Of a DNA stretch of 37,803 bases, positions 17,962 to 27,677 are shown one piece after another. Each line of letters opens with the position of its first letter. Position 1 is the first letter of the stretch. The notes below the pieces were generated by a model. That model did not search any database. It saw only the letters and a list, made by a program, of their open reading frames with translations, and was not told the origin of the DNA. Made by a program: the position numbers and the translations under genes. The DNA comes from a virus. Taxonomy: Duplodnaviria > Caudoviricetes. The stretch covers positions 1 through 37,803 of the IMG/VR virus record IMGVR_UViG_3300026825_000035. The stretch is one strand, 5' to 3'.

Positions 17962-18974
17962 CACGTGCGCCTGGCCTGTCGCAGCACCTGCGGGCGGGTG
18001 CAGATCGGGAGCGGATTGCTCTCGATCTCGAGCCGCACCCATTCGTCGCGGTCGCGGTCGGGGATGGTGCGGGCGTAGAGCGGCAGGCCGAGGGTGTTGA
18101 CCGTCTCGAAGGTGTCGGCGGGAGCGAAGTAGATCTCGAAGAGCCCCTCGATGCCCTCGGGATAGAAGAACGCCTTGTCGGTGGGCACGGTGAAACCGAC
18201 GCCGCCCCGGTAGCGGCGGAAGGTGATCCCGCCGAAGCTGACCTCGTCGGCGACGCGGCCCCGCAGGTCGGCCGCGGCAGCGGTGTTGAGGTAGGTCTCG
18301 CGCACCTCCTTGTGGGCCACGAGATCGGCGAAGAAGGCCGAGCCGCATTCGGCGCGTACCTGCACGGAGCCGGCCGAGAGCCCGCCCATCGAGTCCTCGA
18401 CGCTCTCGATCAGCGCCTGGCAGCGCTTCCGCAGCGCGCCCGAGGCCGGGCTCGCGTTGTCGAGGTCGAAGTCGATCTCGGCAGCGGGCGAGATGCCGAA
18501 CTCGGTGAAGTAGTTCACCACCGTGGCGTGGTCTTTCGGGTCCTTCACCAGCCCCTGGATGCCGTTCAGCAGGTGATATTCGAAGGTGGTTTCGGCGTCC
18601 TGACGGAGCTTCCGCAGTCGATACGCCACCTCGGTTTGTACCTGCTGGGTCGCGCTTTCGGAGCCGAAGTCGCGGACGGACTGGATCTCCGAGGCCCAGA
18701 GCACGTCCTGCTTCTTGAACTGGCGGCAGACGAAGGCGCGCATCTCGCGGCGCTCGGGGATCTGGCTCTCGTAGGCCGAGCCGCGCTCCGAGAACGGGAT
18801 CAGCGACAGCGTGCCGTCGCGGCTCTCGATCACGACGGTGCGCGATCGCACGCCGCGGTTGGAGAAGAGGCCCGATCCCGAGAGCAGCGCCGGCTTGTAG
18901 GGGATGTTCTCGAGCGCGCGGGTAAGCTCGACGATGGTGAAGGCATCGCCTTCGAAGATGTCCATGGTGGCCAT
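17961..18974 (-). CDS. Major capsid protein (lambda gpE family)
   Basis: 337 aa from ATG 18974 with SD AGGAGG; FAPAD..ETVNTLG.P.YA and ESNPLPICTRP motifs. Confidence 0.9.
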   Translation of the reverse strand: MATMDIFEGDAFTIVELTRALENIPYKPALLSGSGLFSNRGVRSRTVVIESRDGTLSLIPFSERGSAYESQIPERREMRAFVCRQFKKQDVLWASEIQSVRDFGSESATQQVQTEVAYRLRKLRQDAETTFEYHLLNGIQGLVKDPKDHATVVNYFTEFGISPAAEIDFDLDNASPASGALRKRCQALIESVEDSMGGLSAGSVQVRAECGSAFFADLVAHKEVRETYLNTAAAADLRGRVADEVSFGGITFRRYRGGVGFTVPTDKAFFYPEGIEGLFEIYFAPADTFETVNTLGLPLYARTIPDRDRDEWVRLEIESNPLPICTRPQVLRQARRT

Positions 18975-19090
18975 GAGGATGCCTCCTGTGATGAGCGCGC
19001 CCAGCCGTTTGCCCGCCACGCCGCTGGTTCGAGTGGCGGACAAACGGATGCCGGTCTTGCGTCCGGGCGCGCGTGGAAAAGGGAATAGGG

Positions 19091-19456
19091 TCAGCGGACG
19101 AGGATGCCCGCGGCGAGGAGAGCGGTATGGGCGGCCGCGATCTCTCCCTCGCTGGGCGTGCCGGCGAAGACGAGGTCGTGGCGGTTGACGATGGCGGGGC
19201 CGCGGACGACCGCGACGGCCGGGGCGTCGCCTGCCGTGGCATCCGCCTTGCCCCAGAGCACGGCGACCGCAGTCTCGGTGCCATTTGCGGCGGCCGGATC
19301 GTGCGCGGCGTACTTGCCGGACGCGGTGATCTTCCCCAGCACGGTGCCGGGCTCGAGCCTGCCAGCGGCGACGGTGATCGTCTCGCGGGTGTAGTCGCGG
19401 AAGGCCTCCCATACGAGGAAGCCGCCGGGGTGCTTGCCTTCGACCAGCGTGGTCAT
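19091..19456 (-). CDS. Head decoration protein (lambda gpD-like)
   Basis: GTVLGKITASGKY...DPAA.NG...AVAVL motif; between protease and capsid. Confidence 0.85.
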   Translation of the reverse strand: MTTLVEGKHPGGFLVWEAFRDYTRETITVAAGRLEPGTVLGKITASGKYAAHDPAAANGTETAVAVLWGKADATAGDAPAVAVVRGPAIVNRHDLVFAGTPSEGEIAAAHTALLAAGILVR

Positions 19457-19460
19457 GGTG

Positions 19461-20507
19461 TCATCCTTTCAGCTTGAAGGTGCGGGCGACGATCTCGCCC
19501 CAGGGGCGCGCGGCCGAGGACCGGCCGGGCTGCGGGTGATGGGGCGCGATCTCGGGCTCGGCATCCGCCTTCGCGGCAAGAAGGCGGCTGCGCACCTCGT
19601 CGAGGCTCGCGTTCTCTTCGAGGAAGCGGCCCGCCATCTGCGGCTGGCCCGCGAGGCGGCAGAGGTCGACGACGGCGCGGGCGTGCGCCATGGCCTCGGC
19701 GCGGATGGCGGCCGGATCGGGGCCCATGTCGGGGGCTGCGCTGGCCGCGGCACCGGCGACCTCGGCCGAGGCCGGAGGGGTGTTGCCGACCGAAACGCCT
19801 GTGTCGGCGCTGTCCGGCTGCGGTGCCGGAACGGCGGCACCGGCACCGTCGTCCGCCGCGTCGCCCTCGGCCGAGGAGTTCTCAGAACCGTTCCCGTCCG
19901 GAACGGCTTCGGGCTCCGCCTCGACCAGCTGCGGCGGCGCGTTGCGGAACCGGGCGATGTCGAAGCGGGCGGCCATGCGCACCGGTTCGGCGATCCGGTC
20001 GGCGAAGCCCTGCGCCACGGCGTCCGCGGCGTCGAACCAGGTCTCGGCCGCCATCAAGGCCGCGACCTCATCGGGCGTCCGGCCGGATTTCGCGGCGTAG
20101 CCCGCAACGAGGCTGCCCTTCACCTTGTCGAGCGCCTCGGCCATGGCGCGCATGTCCTCGGCCGTGCCCATCACGAGGCCGGCGGGGTCGTGGATCATCA
20201 GGAAGGCGTTCTCGGGCATGACGATCTCGTCGCCCGCCATGGCAATGTAGGAGGCAGCCGAGGCGGCGATACCGTCGATCCAGACCGTGACGGGACCCTC
20301 GTGGCGCTTGATCGCATTGTGGATCGCGACCGCGTCGAAGACCGAGCCGCCGGGGCTGTTCAGCCGCAGATCGACCGGGGTACCGTCGGAGAGCGCTCCC
20401 AGTTCGGCCAGGAAACGCTTCGCCGAGACCCCGTAGGCGCCGATCTCGTCATAGATCGCCACTTCCGCACCGGTCCCCCGGGCGCGGATCGCATACCAGC
20501 TTGCCAT
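19461..20507 (-). CDS. ClpP-like head maturation protease with C-terminal scaffold
   Basis: LNSPGGSVFD, GIAASAAS (Ser), MIHDP (His), ETWF; acidic low-complexity linker, then scaffold-like domain. Confidence 0.9.
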   Translation of the reverse strand: MASWYAIRARGTGAEVAIYDEIGAYGVSAKRFLAELGALSDGTPVDLRLNSPGGSVFDAVAIHNAIKRHEGPVTVWIDGIAASAASYIAMAGDEIVMPENAFLMIHDPAGLVMGTAEDMRAMAEALDKVKGSLVAGYAAKSGRTPDEVAALMAAETWFDAADAVAQGFADRIAEPVRMAARFDIARFRNAPPQLVEAEPEAVPDGNGSENSSAEGDAADDGAGAAVPAPQPDSADTGVSVGNTPPASAEVAGAAASAAPDMGPDPAAIRAEAMAHARAVVDLCRLAGQPQMAGRFLEENASLDEVRSRLLAAKADAEPEIAPHHPQPGRSSAARPWGEIVARTFKLKG

Positions 20508-20511
20508 GTCG

Positions 20512-21987
20512 TCACTCCTGTTCGCTGTCGGATCCCGGCTCCGGCCGGGCGGCGGGCGCGGCCCGCGCGCCCTGCGTCTCGCCGGGGCTGGTGCGGTAGC
20601 TGAGGCCGAGACCTGTCGCGCGCGCGGCGTCGGCGGCGTTCTCGCGGTCGACTTCCTCGATGTCGTAGCCGGTGGCCTCCACGACCTTACGGCGCGAGGT
20701 GATGCCCGCCTCCATCGCCAGGACCTGCGCCTGGATGTCCTTCAAGGGATCGACCCAGTCCCAGCGCGGCGGGATCCATTGCACCGGCCTGACCTTTGCC
20801 GGATCGGCATCGAGCGCAGCCGAGAGCACCGCCGTCTCCAGCCAGCGCAGCCAGACCGGGCGGCAGAGCTGGTGCACGATCACCCCGTGCTGCAGCTGGC
20901 CGATGCGGCGGCGGAACTCGACGAGTTCTGCCCTGAGGCTCGAGTAGTTCGCCTGCCGGACATCGCCGGTGACGAGGTGATAGGGCAGCCCGAGCGAGGC
21001 GGCGACGGCGAGCAGCGTCCGGTACTGGAACGCCTCGTAGCCGCCGCCGACATCGGCCGGAGACGAGAACTTCACGTCCTCGCCCGGCAGCAGCACCTGC
21101 ATCGTGCCGGGCTCGAGGCTCGCGATGGCGGCGCCGTCCGCGTCCGCCTCGGCCTCGCCCATCATCGGCTCTTCCGGCGCGGTCTTCGTGATGAACCCCG
21201 CGAACATCGCCGCGGTCTTCTTCCGGTCGAGCTCGGCGTCGTTGTACTGGTCGAGCAGGAACAGCCGCACCATCGCCGGTGCGATATGCGGCAGGCCCCG
21301 GATCTGGCCCGCGTCGATGGGGCGGTAGACGTGCAGCACGTCCGCCGCGGGCACGCGCACCGTCTCCGGGATCACCGCGCCCTGATCGGTGCTGTCGCCC
21401 GGATGGCGCCGGCGGAAGTGGTAGGCCACGCGCTGGCCGATCGCATCGAACTCGATCCCGCAGCGGATGCGGTTGCCGGAGGGCAGTGCCTCGGTCTTCT
21501 CGAAGGGCAGCATCTCGGACTGGAGAAGCTGCAGCTGGAGGGGCACCGTGAGTCCGTCCTCGGCCCGGCGCGGGCGCAACCGGACGAAGCACTCACCCGC
21601 GACGAACATCTCGCGCGCAACCATGGCCTGAAGGCCGTAGAATTCTGTCAGACCGTCGGCGTCGGCCTCGTCGGTCCAGGCAAGCCAGAGCCGCTGCACC
21701 CGGTCGCGGAGGTCCGCGTCCCCGATGAGCGACGAGGGCTTGATCCCGTCGCCGACGAGGTTCGCGGCGAAGGCCTCGCAGGCATTGGCGGCGTAGCCGT
21801 TGGTGACCACCAGCTCGCGGGACCGCGCCAGCAGCCGCGGACCGCCCGAGGCGACCAGGGCGTTGATGTTCTCGAGCGGCGGGTTCCAGCCCCTGAGCCG
21901 GCGTTTCGCCATGGCGCCTTCGAGGCGCGCGCGCATGGGCTCAGGGCCGCCGGTCGGGCGGCGGCGGAAACGGTCGAAAAGGCCCAT
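20512..21987 (-). CDS. Portal protein, lambda family
   Basis: GQIRGLP, NYSSLRA and WDWVDPLKD motifs. Confidence 0.92.
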   Translation of the reverse strand: MGLFDRFRRRPTGGPEPMRARLEGAMAKRRLRGWNPPLENINALVASGGPRLLARSRELVVTNGYAANACEAFAANLVGDGIKPSSLIGDADLRDRVQRLWLAWTDEADADGLTEFYGLQAMVAREMFVAGECFVRLRPRRAEDGLTVPLQLQLLQSEMLPFEKTEALPSGNRIRCGIEFDAIGQRVAYHFRRRHPGDSTDQGAVIPETVRVPAADVLHVYRPIDAGQIRGLPHIAPAMVRLFLLDQYNDAELDRKKTAAMFAGFITKTAPEEPMMGEAEADADGAAIASLEPGTMQVLLPGEDVKFSSPADVGGGYEAFQYRTLLAVAASLGLPYHLVTGDVRQANYSSLRAELVEFRRRIGQLQHGVIVHQLCRPVWLRWLETAVLSAALDADPAKVRPVQWIPPRWDWVDPLKDIQAQVLAMEAGITSRRKVVEATGYDIEEVDRENAADAARATGLGLSYRTSPGETQGARAAPAARPEPGSDSEQE

Positions 21988-21991
21988 GGGT

Positions 21992-22207
21992 TCAGAGCCC
22001 CTTCGCCGTCGTCACGCGCACATGCCGGACGATCCGACGCCCCTCGGCCGCGGCGATCTCGCGGTCGAGCGCCTCGATGGCCCGGTCGATCTCTGCGACG
22101 CTGCGGTAGTCCACGGTCTTGCCGTCGTAGCTGACCCGCGCGACGCCGGAGGACCGCTGCGCGGCCAGCGCCTCGCGGCGGGCGCGGAGCTCTGCGGCCG
22201 TGGCCAT
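21992..22207 (-). CDS. gpW-like head completion protein
   Basis: 71 aa, GVARVSYDGKTVDYRS, between TerL and portal. Confidence 0.8.
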   Translation of the reverse strand: MATAAELRARREALAAQRSSGVARVSYDGKTVDYRSVAEIDRAIEALDREIAAAEGRRIVRHVRVTTAKGL

Positions 22208-22210
22208 GGA

Positions 22211-25200
22211 TCACCTCATGTAGCTCGAGTGCACCGTGCGCCGGCGTGGCATCGCTCGTGTCGGGACGGATGGCACCGTTGCCGCACCGGCCTCTTGCCC
22301 GTCCTGCTTCGCCACCCCGAGCTGGGCTTCCAGATCGGCCCAACGCGCCTCCGGCCAGCGATCGGCGCCGGCGATCCAGGCCGCGGCGCGGGCATAGACC
22401 CGGCAGTCCAGCGCCTCGTTGCGCTCGCGCAGCTTCTGCCATTCGAGCCTGGCGAAGCCGCGCCGGGTCTTCACCGTCACCAGCTGCTCGGCGGTCAGCT
22501 GCTTCAGCCATTCGCCGTCCGCCCAGGCCGGCAGGTGGATCGTGCCGGGCGGGCACTTCGATGCGGCGGCGGCGATCTCTTCGGCCGTGGGGCGCTCCTG
22601 CCGCGGGAAGCGATAGGTCTCGGCCTTGAAGGTCGAGGTGGCCACGGTCCAGAGCCGGGCGCCGCGCCGGAGCCGCTTGCCCGCGACGGTGGCATCGACA
22701 TAGGTCGGCCCGGTCACCGGGCTCGTCCGGGTGAAGCCCTCGACGCCCTTCACGGGCGCCACCTGCGAGAAGCCGACCTGACGGGCCCAGCCGTAGACGG
22801 CGCTGGTCTCGTAGCCGGTGTCGATGGCGAGCCGGGCAAGCGCCATTGGCTGCCCCGAGGCATGCGCCCATGTCCGCCCGAGCAGGTCGGTCAGCTTCTG
22901 CCAGCAGGCCGGATCGCCGGGCCCGCCCTCGATGACGACGTGATCGACGAGCCAGCTTTCGAGGCCCCGGCCCCAGGCCCAGACATCGACCTCGATCCGG
23001 TCCTTCTGCACGTCGGCCCCGGCCGTCAGGAACAGCCCGCCAGCGGGCACCGTGCCGGATGTCCAGCGCTCGCGCCGGTCGTAGAGCCGCTGCCAGTCGG
23101 GGGCTTCCCCGGTCTCGACCCAGGTCTCGCCGAGGATGGTGTTGCGGAACGCCCGCATGGCTTCGTCGCTGCCTCTCGCCGCCTCGTGCGCCCGCGCGAT
23201 CCGCGCCCAGCTCAGCCAGCCGATGGGCGAGTAGAGCGCCGAGAGGTGGTAACCCACCGTGGTGGGATCGGCGGCCGTGGCGGTCGCCCGCCATTCGCCG
23301 CCCTCCAGCATCGCCGTCTTGTGGTGTTCCGCGATGGGTGCCTCGCACCCCTCGCAGTGATATTCCGCCGTCTCCGGCCGCCCCTTCTCCCAGCGCAGGC
23401 GCTCGAACGTCAGCCACTGCATTGCCCCGCAATGCGGGCACGGCACGAAGTACCGCCGCTGGTCGCTCGCCTCGAACTCGCGCTCGATCCGACTGAGTCC
23501 GCGGATCGTCGGGGTCGAGACAAGCAGCACCTTGCGCCGATGGGCGAAGATCAGCGAGCGCGCCTCGGCCAGCGTGACCGGATCGCCTTCCTCGTCGGCG
23601 GACGCCGGATAGGCGTCGACCTCGTCGAGGAAGATGTAGCGGGCCGGTGTGGAGCGCAGCCCGACCGCCGAGTTCGCGCCGGTCATGATCAGGATGCCGC
23701 CCGCGAATTCCTTCGACAGCATCGTGTTGCCCGCATCGCGGGATCGCGCGGGCTTCACCCGCTCCCGCAGTTCCGGGCTCTCGTCGATCAGCGGATCGAT
23801 CCGCTGGCGCGAGTTGCGCTTGGCCAGTTCCACCGTCGGCTGGACCGCAAGCATGGGACCCGGCGCCTGGTGGATGACGAAGCCGATCCAGTTGTTGCCC
23901 GCCTCGGTGTTGTGCGTCGGGATCCAGCCCTTCCCGCAGAGAAACAGGTGGCTGGGAGAGTCGACCTCGATGCAGCGCACCGGCACGCTCGGCGCGGGCC
24001 GGATCGCGACAATCCGCCGGCGGCGGCTCCTCCACGGCCGCCCAGTCTCTATCGAGCGCATCCGGGCCCGCTTGCGCGAGAGCCGGAACATCGGCTCCTC
24101 GGCATAGGCCGTCCAGGACACGCGCCAGTATTCGGCCGATATCGTCGCGTTGCCGTCGGTTCCGAACACCTTGCGGCGGCTGCCCATCCGATAGATCGCG
24201 GGCTTGTATCCCAGGCCGCGGAGCAGCTCGACCATCGCATCTACGAGGCCCCGGTCGGCGTTTGAGAATTCGCAGCGCTTGCCGTCCGGCGTGATCGTGC
24301 CGTCGGAGTCCATAAGCCCGCGCACCAGTTCGAGCCGCTGCCTCCGGCTCGCCCGCATCTAGGCGAGCGGCACGTGCTTGTTGTCGAGCACGTCGAGCTG
24401 GCGCAGCCGCGTCACGAAGCGCGATCGGAAGCATTCCGAAACCGACGCGCGATCCGCACGCCGCGTCCGGAAGGTCGGGTCGATCACCACATTGGCAATC
24501 CGGCCCTTGCGCCATTTCGGCAGCCGGAACTCGGCCTCGACGCCGCAGGCGCGCAGGTGCTCGACAATCTCGGCATCCTCCTCATGGACCGAGATGTGGT
24601 TCATGATCGACGAGCCGTCGCCGAGCCAGAGCCCCAGCACATAAGGGTGCAGGATCAGGTCCTGGTCCGGCATGTCCACCGCGTCGCAACAGTCGATGGC
24701 ATAGCGCCGGCGCTTGCCCGCCGCCCCGATCGTCACGCGCCTGGCCATCTGCGCCGTGGTCAGCGTTCGCGCCACGGGTCGATCGTTCGTGAAGTCCCAT
24801 ACCGGCCAGCGATGATCGCCATCCGCGACGATCCGTTCGCCATCGTCGAAGACTACCTCGAAGCAGGCGCGGCCGGTGAAGACCGGCGACAGGCCCATGA
24901 CCCGGCATATGCGCCCGCCTTCGTCGTAGAGCAGATCGCCCGGCGCGATCTCGCCCATGGTCGTCCAGCCGAAGGGCGTGGGCACCGCGGTGTCGAGCGC
25001 GAGCGGCGCGCCCACCTGGGCCGCCTTCATGAACACGACCCGCTGGGCCGGATCGCCCGGCGACAGCCGGTCCATGATCTCGCGCATGTAGGGCGTACGC
25101 GCTGTCCGGTACTGGCCCGGTTCGGCGGAGGCGCGCGACCCCAGCCGCCGATGCCGATCCGCCCATTACGAGACCGTCAGATCCGGATCGGGGCGGATGC

Positions 25201-25306
25201 CGCTGCGCCACGCCCGAAGAAGTCCCTCCGCTCCGTCGAAGTCGAACGCGCTTTCACCCGAGCCTCGGCCGGACGTCGGCAAGGCTTTCGAGCTGGGCGC
25301 GGACAT
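22211..25306 (-). pseudogene. Terminase large subunit (lambda gpA family) with intein and two nonsense codons
   Basis: One frame from ATG 25306 (or TTG 25282): LTVS*WADRHR (TAA 25166-25168), KAAQVGA[intein]TEAGNNW, TAG 24359-24361, FLDEVD, STPT, CPHC/CEGC, GADVQ, NEALDC. Confidence 0.88.
23909..25006 (-). mobile_element. Class 3 intein with LAGLIDADG homing endonuclease in the TerL Walker A
   Basis: Starts PLALDTAVPTP, ends WIPTHN|T; WCT triplet (ADGDHRW, VRCIEV, PTHN); GLWLGDGS and GLMDSDGT; 366 codons. Confidence 0.88.
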
Positions 25307-25865
25307 GGGTTTCGAGCAGTCTCTGGATCAGCGCGGCCGTCACCGCAGATTGCGTTGTGTCGCGTGCCGTGCTCTGCCCGTCGCCCAGCGTGGCGGTCAG
25401 CTCCGCCGCGATCACGGCCGCCACTCGCGAAGGCCAGGTCACCCACCCGTCCCGTTCCTCCCGCGCCAGCCGGAACATCAGCGTCTCGGCCCGGGCGCGG
25501 TCGACCAGTTCCCCCTTCAGCTTCTGGAGCCGGATGCGCCGCTCCTGCGCCTTCAGCACCTCGTTCGCGGTCTTGGCCTGCAGGAAGGTGGTGCCGCCTC
25601 CAACAGCCGGAGCGGTCAGTCCCTGTTCCCGCAGCGTGTCGCCGACGGCGGCGACGGCAGCCTCGGGCACGGGCTTCAGCTTCGGCGCGGGCGGTTTCCG
25701 CGTCTTCGACGGGTCCGTCGTTTCCGCCCGTCGCGCGTCGCTGGCGGCCGCGTCGATGGAGCCGTCCGGGAACAGCACCAGCCGCTCGGCCGCCTTCGCC
25801 TTCTGGATCGCGCCCCGAGACAGCCCGACATGGGCGGCGTAGGCCCGCTCGCTCATGCCCTGCAT
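25254..25865 (-). CDS. Terminase small subunit (Nu1-like)
   Basis: N-terminal wHTH (MSERAYAAHVGLSRGAIQKA), KLKGELVDR coiled coil, overlaps the TerL start. Confidence 0.8.
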   Translation of the reverse strand: MQGMSERAYAAHVGLSRGAIQKAKAAERLVLFPDGSIDAAASDARRAETTDPSKTRKPPAPKLKPVPEAAVAAVGDTLREQGLTAPAVGGGTTFLQAKTANEVLKAQERRIRLQKLKGELVDRARAETLMFRLAREERDGWVTWPSRVAAVIAAELTATLGDGQSTARDTTQSAVTAALIQRLLETHVRAQLESLADVRPRLG

Positions 25866-25978
25866 CGACGGCTCCGATTATCGTTCAAAGACAGATGCTT
25901 ATTCGCTTGATGGGTGGCGCGGACAGAGCGAACACAGTCCCACGACGACGATGCAACCCGGCCCGAGGAGCCCCGACC

Positions 25979-26203
25979 ATGACCGACCCTGCCACCACCA
26001 CCGACCTCATCCGCGCCGCCGCCCATGCCCTGATCCGCCGCGACACGCTGGAGATCGAAGGCCTCGCCCGCATCAGCGACGGCTGGCTGCAGAGCGACGA
26101 GGAGGCGGATGCGCAGCGCCTCCTCCTGCAGGCGATCCTCGAAGCCGCCTGCCTGCTCGAGGGCGAGCCGAGCGAGTTCGAAACCGCGCTCGAAGACGTC
26201 TGA
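25979..26203 (+). CDS. Hypothetical acidic protein (74 aa)
   Basis: SD GAGGAG, typical codon usage. Confidence 0.65.
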   Translation: MTDPATTTDLIRAAAHALIRRDTLEIEGLARISDGWLQSDEEADAQRLLLQAILEAACLLEGEPSEFETALEDV

Positions 26204-26232
26204 TGCGCACCGGTACCGGAAGGAGGCCCGCC

Positions 26233-26448
26233 ATGACCCGCCGCTCGAACGAAGCCCTCGATGCCTTCCTCGCTGCCAAGGCCGAGATCGACGCGATGCT
26301 CGCCCGCCTGCAGGCGCTCAGCGACGACCATTTCGACGCCCAGCCCGACGAGGTGAACTGGGGCCATGTCGGCACCCTCGAACACTACGCCGAACTTCTG
26401 AAGCGCATCACCGACAGCGCCTTCGGCGAGGGCGAGCACGCGGAGTGA
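26233..26448 (+). CDS. Conserved phage hypothetical protein (71 aa)
   Basis: SD AGGAGG; ALDAFLAAKAEIDAML...PDEVNWGHVG motif. Confidence 0.75.
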   Translation: MTRRSNEALDAFLAAKAEIDAMLARLQALSDDHFDAQPDEVNWGHVGTLEHYAELLKRITDSAFGEGEHAE

Positions 26449-26453
26449 CCGGC

Positions 26454-26672
26454 ATGGAAGCCTCGACCATCCGCATCGCCATCCGGGACCTGCCGGACCG
26501 TTTCGACCGCAGCCGCATCCCCAGCGTCCTCGACGAACTCAAGGACGCCCTGCTCGAGGAGGCCGGCCTCCACGCCCGCGCCCATGCCGACAGCTTCGTC
26601 ATCGCTCTGGAGGTGCCGACCCGAAGCCTCCTCAAAGCCGCAACCACCTTGAGAAGCCTCAGGCTGCTCTGA
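26454..26672 (+). CDS. Hypothetical protein (72 aa)
   Basis: GGAG upstream, operonic spacing of 5 nt. Confidence 0.6.
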   Translation: MEASTIRIAIRDLPDRFDRSRIPSVLDELKDALLEEAGLHARAHADSFVIALEVPTRSLLKAATTLRSLRLL

Positions 26673-26807
26673 CTTCCGGCACCGCCGGAACTCCGGCCGC
26701 GCACCCTGCGCGGTGAGCCCGAACCGTGGCCCCAGTGGGGCCGCGTAAGTCGGGCGAACGGGTCGTAGAAGGCCGCGACGGTCGCGGCCTCCCAAGGAGA
26801 CGACCCC

Positions 26808-27395
26808 ATGACCAGGCTTTCCGACACTCAAGCCTTCATCCTCGGCGCCGCTGCGCAGCGCGAGGACCGCAACGTCCTGCCGCTGCCCGGCTCGCTTCGC
26901 GGTGGCGCCGCCGCCAAGGTGGTTAGTGCGCTCCTCTCCCGCGGGCTGATCGCCGAGACCACGACCGACAGCCGGACCAGGGCCGACGCAGCCCTCAACC
27001 GCTTCTGGCGCAACGACGAGGACGGCCGCGCCATTCTCCTTCACATCACGGACGCGGGCCTCGCCGCCATCGGCGTCGAGCCTGAGGGCCGCGACAGCGC
27101 GCCTGCGGGCTCCGACGAGGCGCCGACCGCAGAGGCCCCGAAGGACGCTCTGGCCGAGGCCGACCCCGCGCCCAAGGCGCGCGCACCGCGCGCAGGCACG
27201 AAGCAGGCCAAGCTGATCGAGATGCTCCGCGCGCCGGACGGCGCGACCATCGACGAGATCGTCGCCGAAACGGGCTGGCAAGCTCACACTGTGAGAGGCG
27301 CCCTGTCCGCCGCGCTCAAGAAAAAGCTGGGCCTGATGATTACCTCCGAGAAGATCGAGGGGCGCGGCCGGGTCTACAGCCTGCCGCACGACTGA
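26808..27395 (+). CDS. DUF3489 domain protein (wHTH-like)
   Basis: GTKQAKLIEMLRAPDGATIDEI...GWQAHTVRGA signature; SD AAGGAG. Confidence 0.85.
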   Translation: MTRLSDTQAFILGAAAQREDRNVLPLPGSLRGGAAAKVVSALLSRGLIAETTTDSRTRADAALNRFWRNDEDGRAILLHITDAGLAAIGVEPEGRDSAPAGSDEAPTAEAPKDALAEADPAPKARAPRAGTKQAKLIEMLRAPDGATIDEIVAETGWQAHTVRGALSAALKKKLGLMITSEKIEGRGRVYSLPHD

Positions 27396-27416
27396 CCCAG
27401 CACACCAGAACGATAC

Positions 27417-27449
27417 AGAAGAAGCCGCCGTCCCGCATGGGGCGGCGGT
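27417..27449 (-). terminator. Intrinsic terminator between convergent operons
   Basis: Minus strand ACCGCCGCCCC-ATGC-GGGACGGCGGC followed by TTCTTCT. Confidence 0.55.
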
Positions 27450-27452
27450 ATC

Positions 27453-27677
27453 TCATCGTACCCCGCGAACCCGGATCGCCTCGAACAGCCGCCGCAGCAG
27501 GTAACCCCGCGCCAGCGAGACGCCGACGAAAGCAAGGCCGATGGTCAGATGCTCCGCGAGACCCGTCTCGATCCCGAACCACGGGAACACCAGGATCTGC
27601 GTGGCGATGGCCAGCACATAGCCGACGACAACGTTCGCCGCCGCCTCGACCATCGACATGGTCCGGCTCTGCTTCAT
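27453..27677 (-). CDS. Small membrane protein (DUF7220-like)
   Basis: MKQSRTMSMVEA..NVVVGY...RGYLLRRLFE, two TM helices, coupled to the MTase stop. Confidence 0.7.
   Translation of the reverse strand: MKQSRTMSMVEAAANVVVGYVLAIATQILVFPWFGIETGLAEHLTIGLAFVGVSLARGYLLRRLFEAIRVRGVR

Noticed and set aside
4027-24361. TAG stop-codon reassignment in late genes
   Set aside because: The three TAGs appear to replace different residues (Trp, Tyr, probably Glu/Gln), TerL also has a TAA, the gene at 17015..17644 appears to end normally in TAG, and no suppressor tRNA is visible; point mutation fits better
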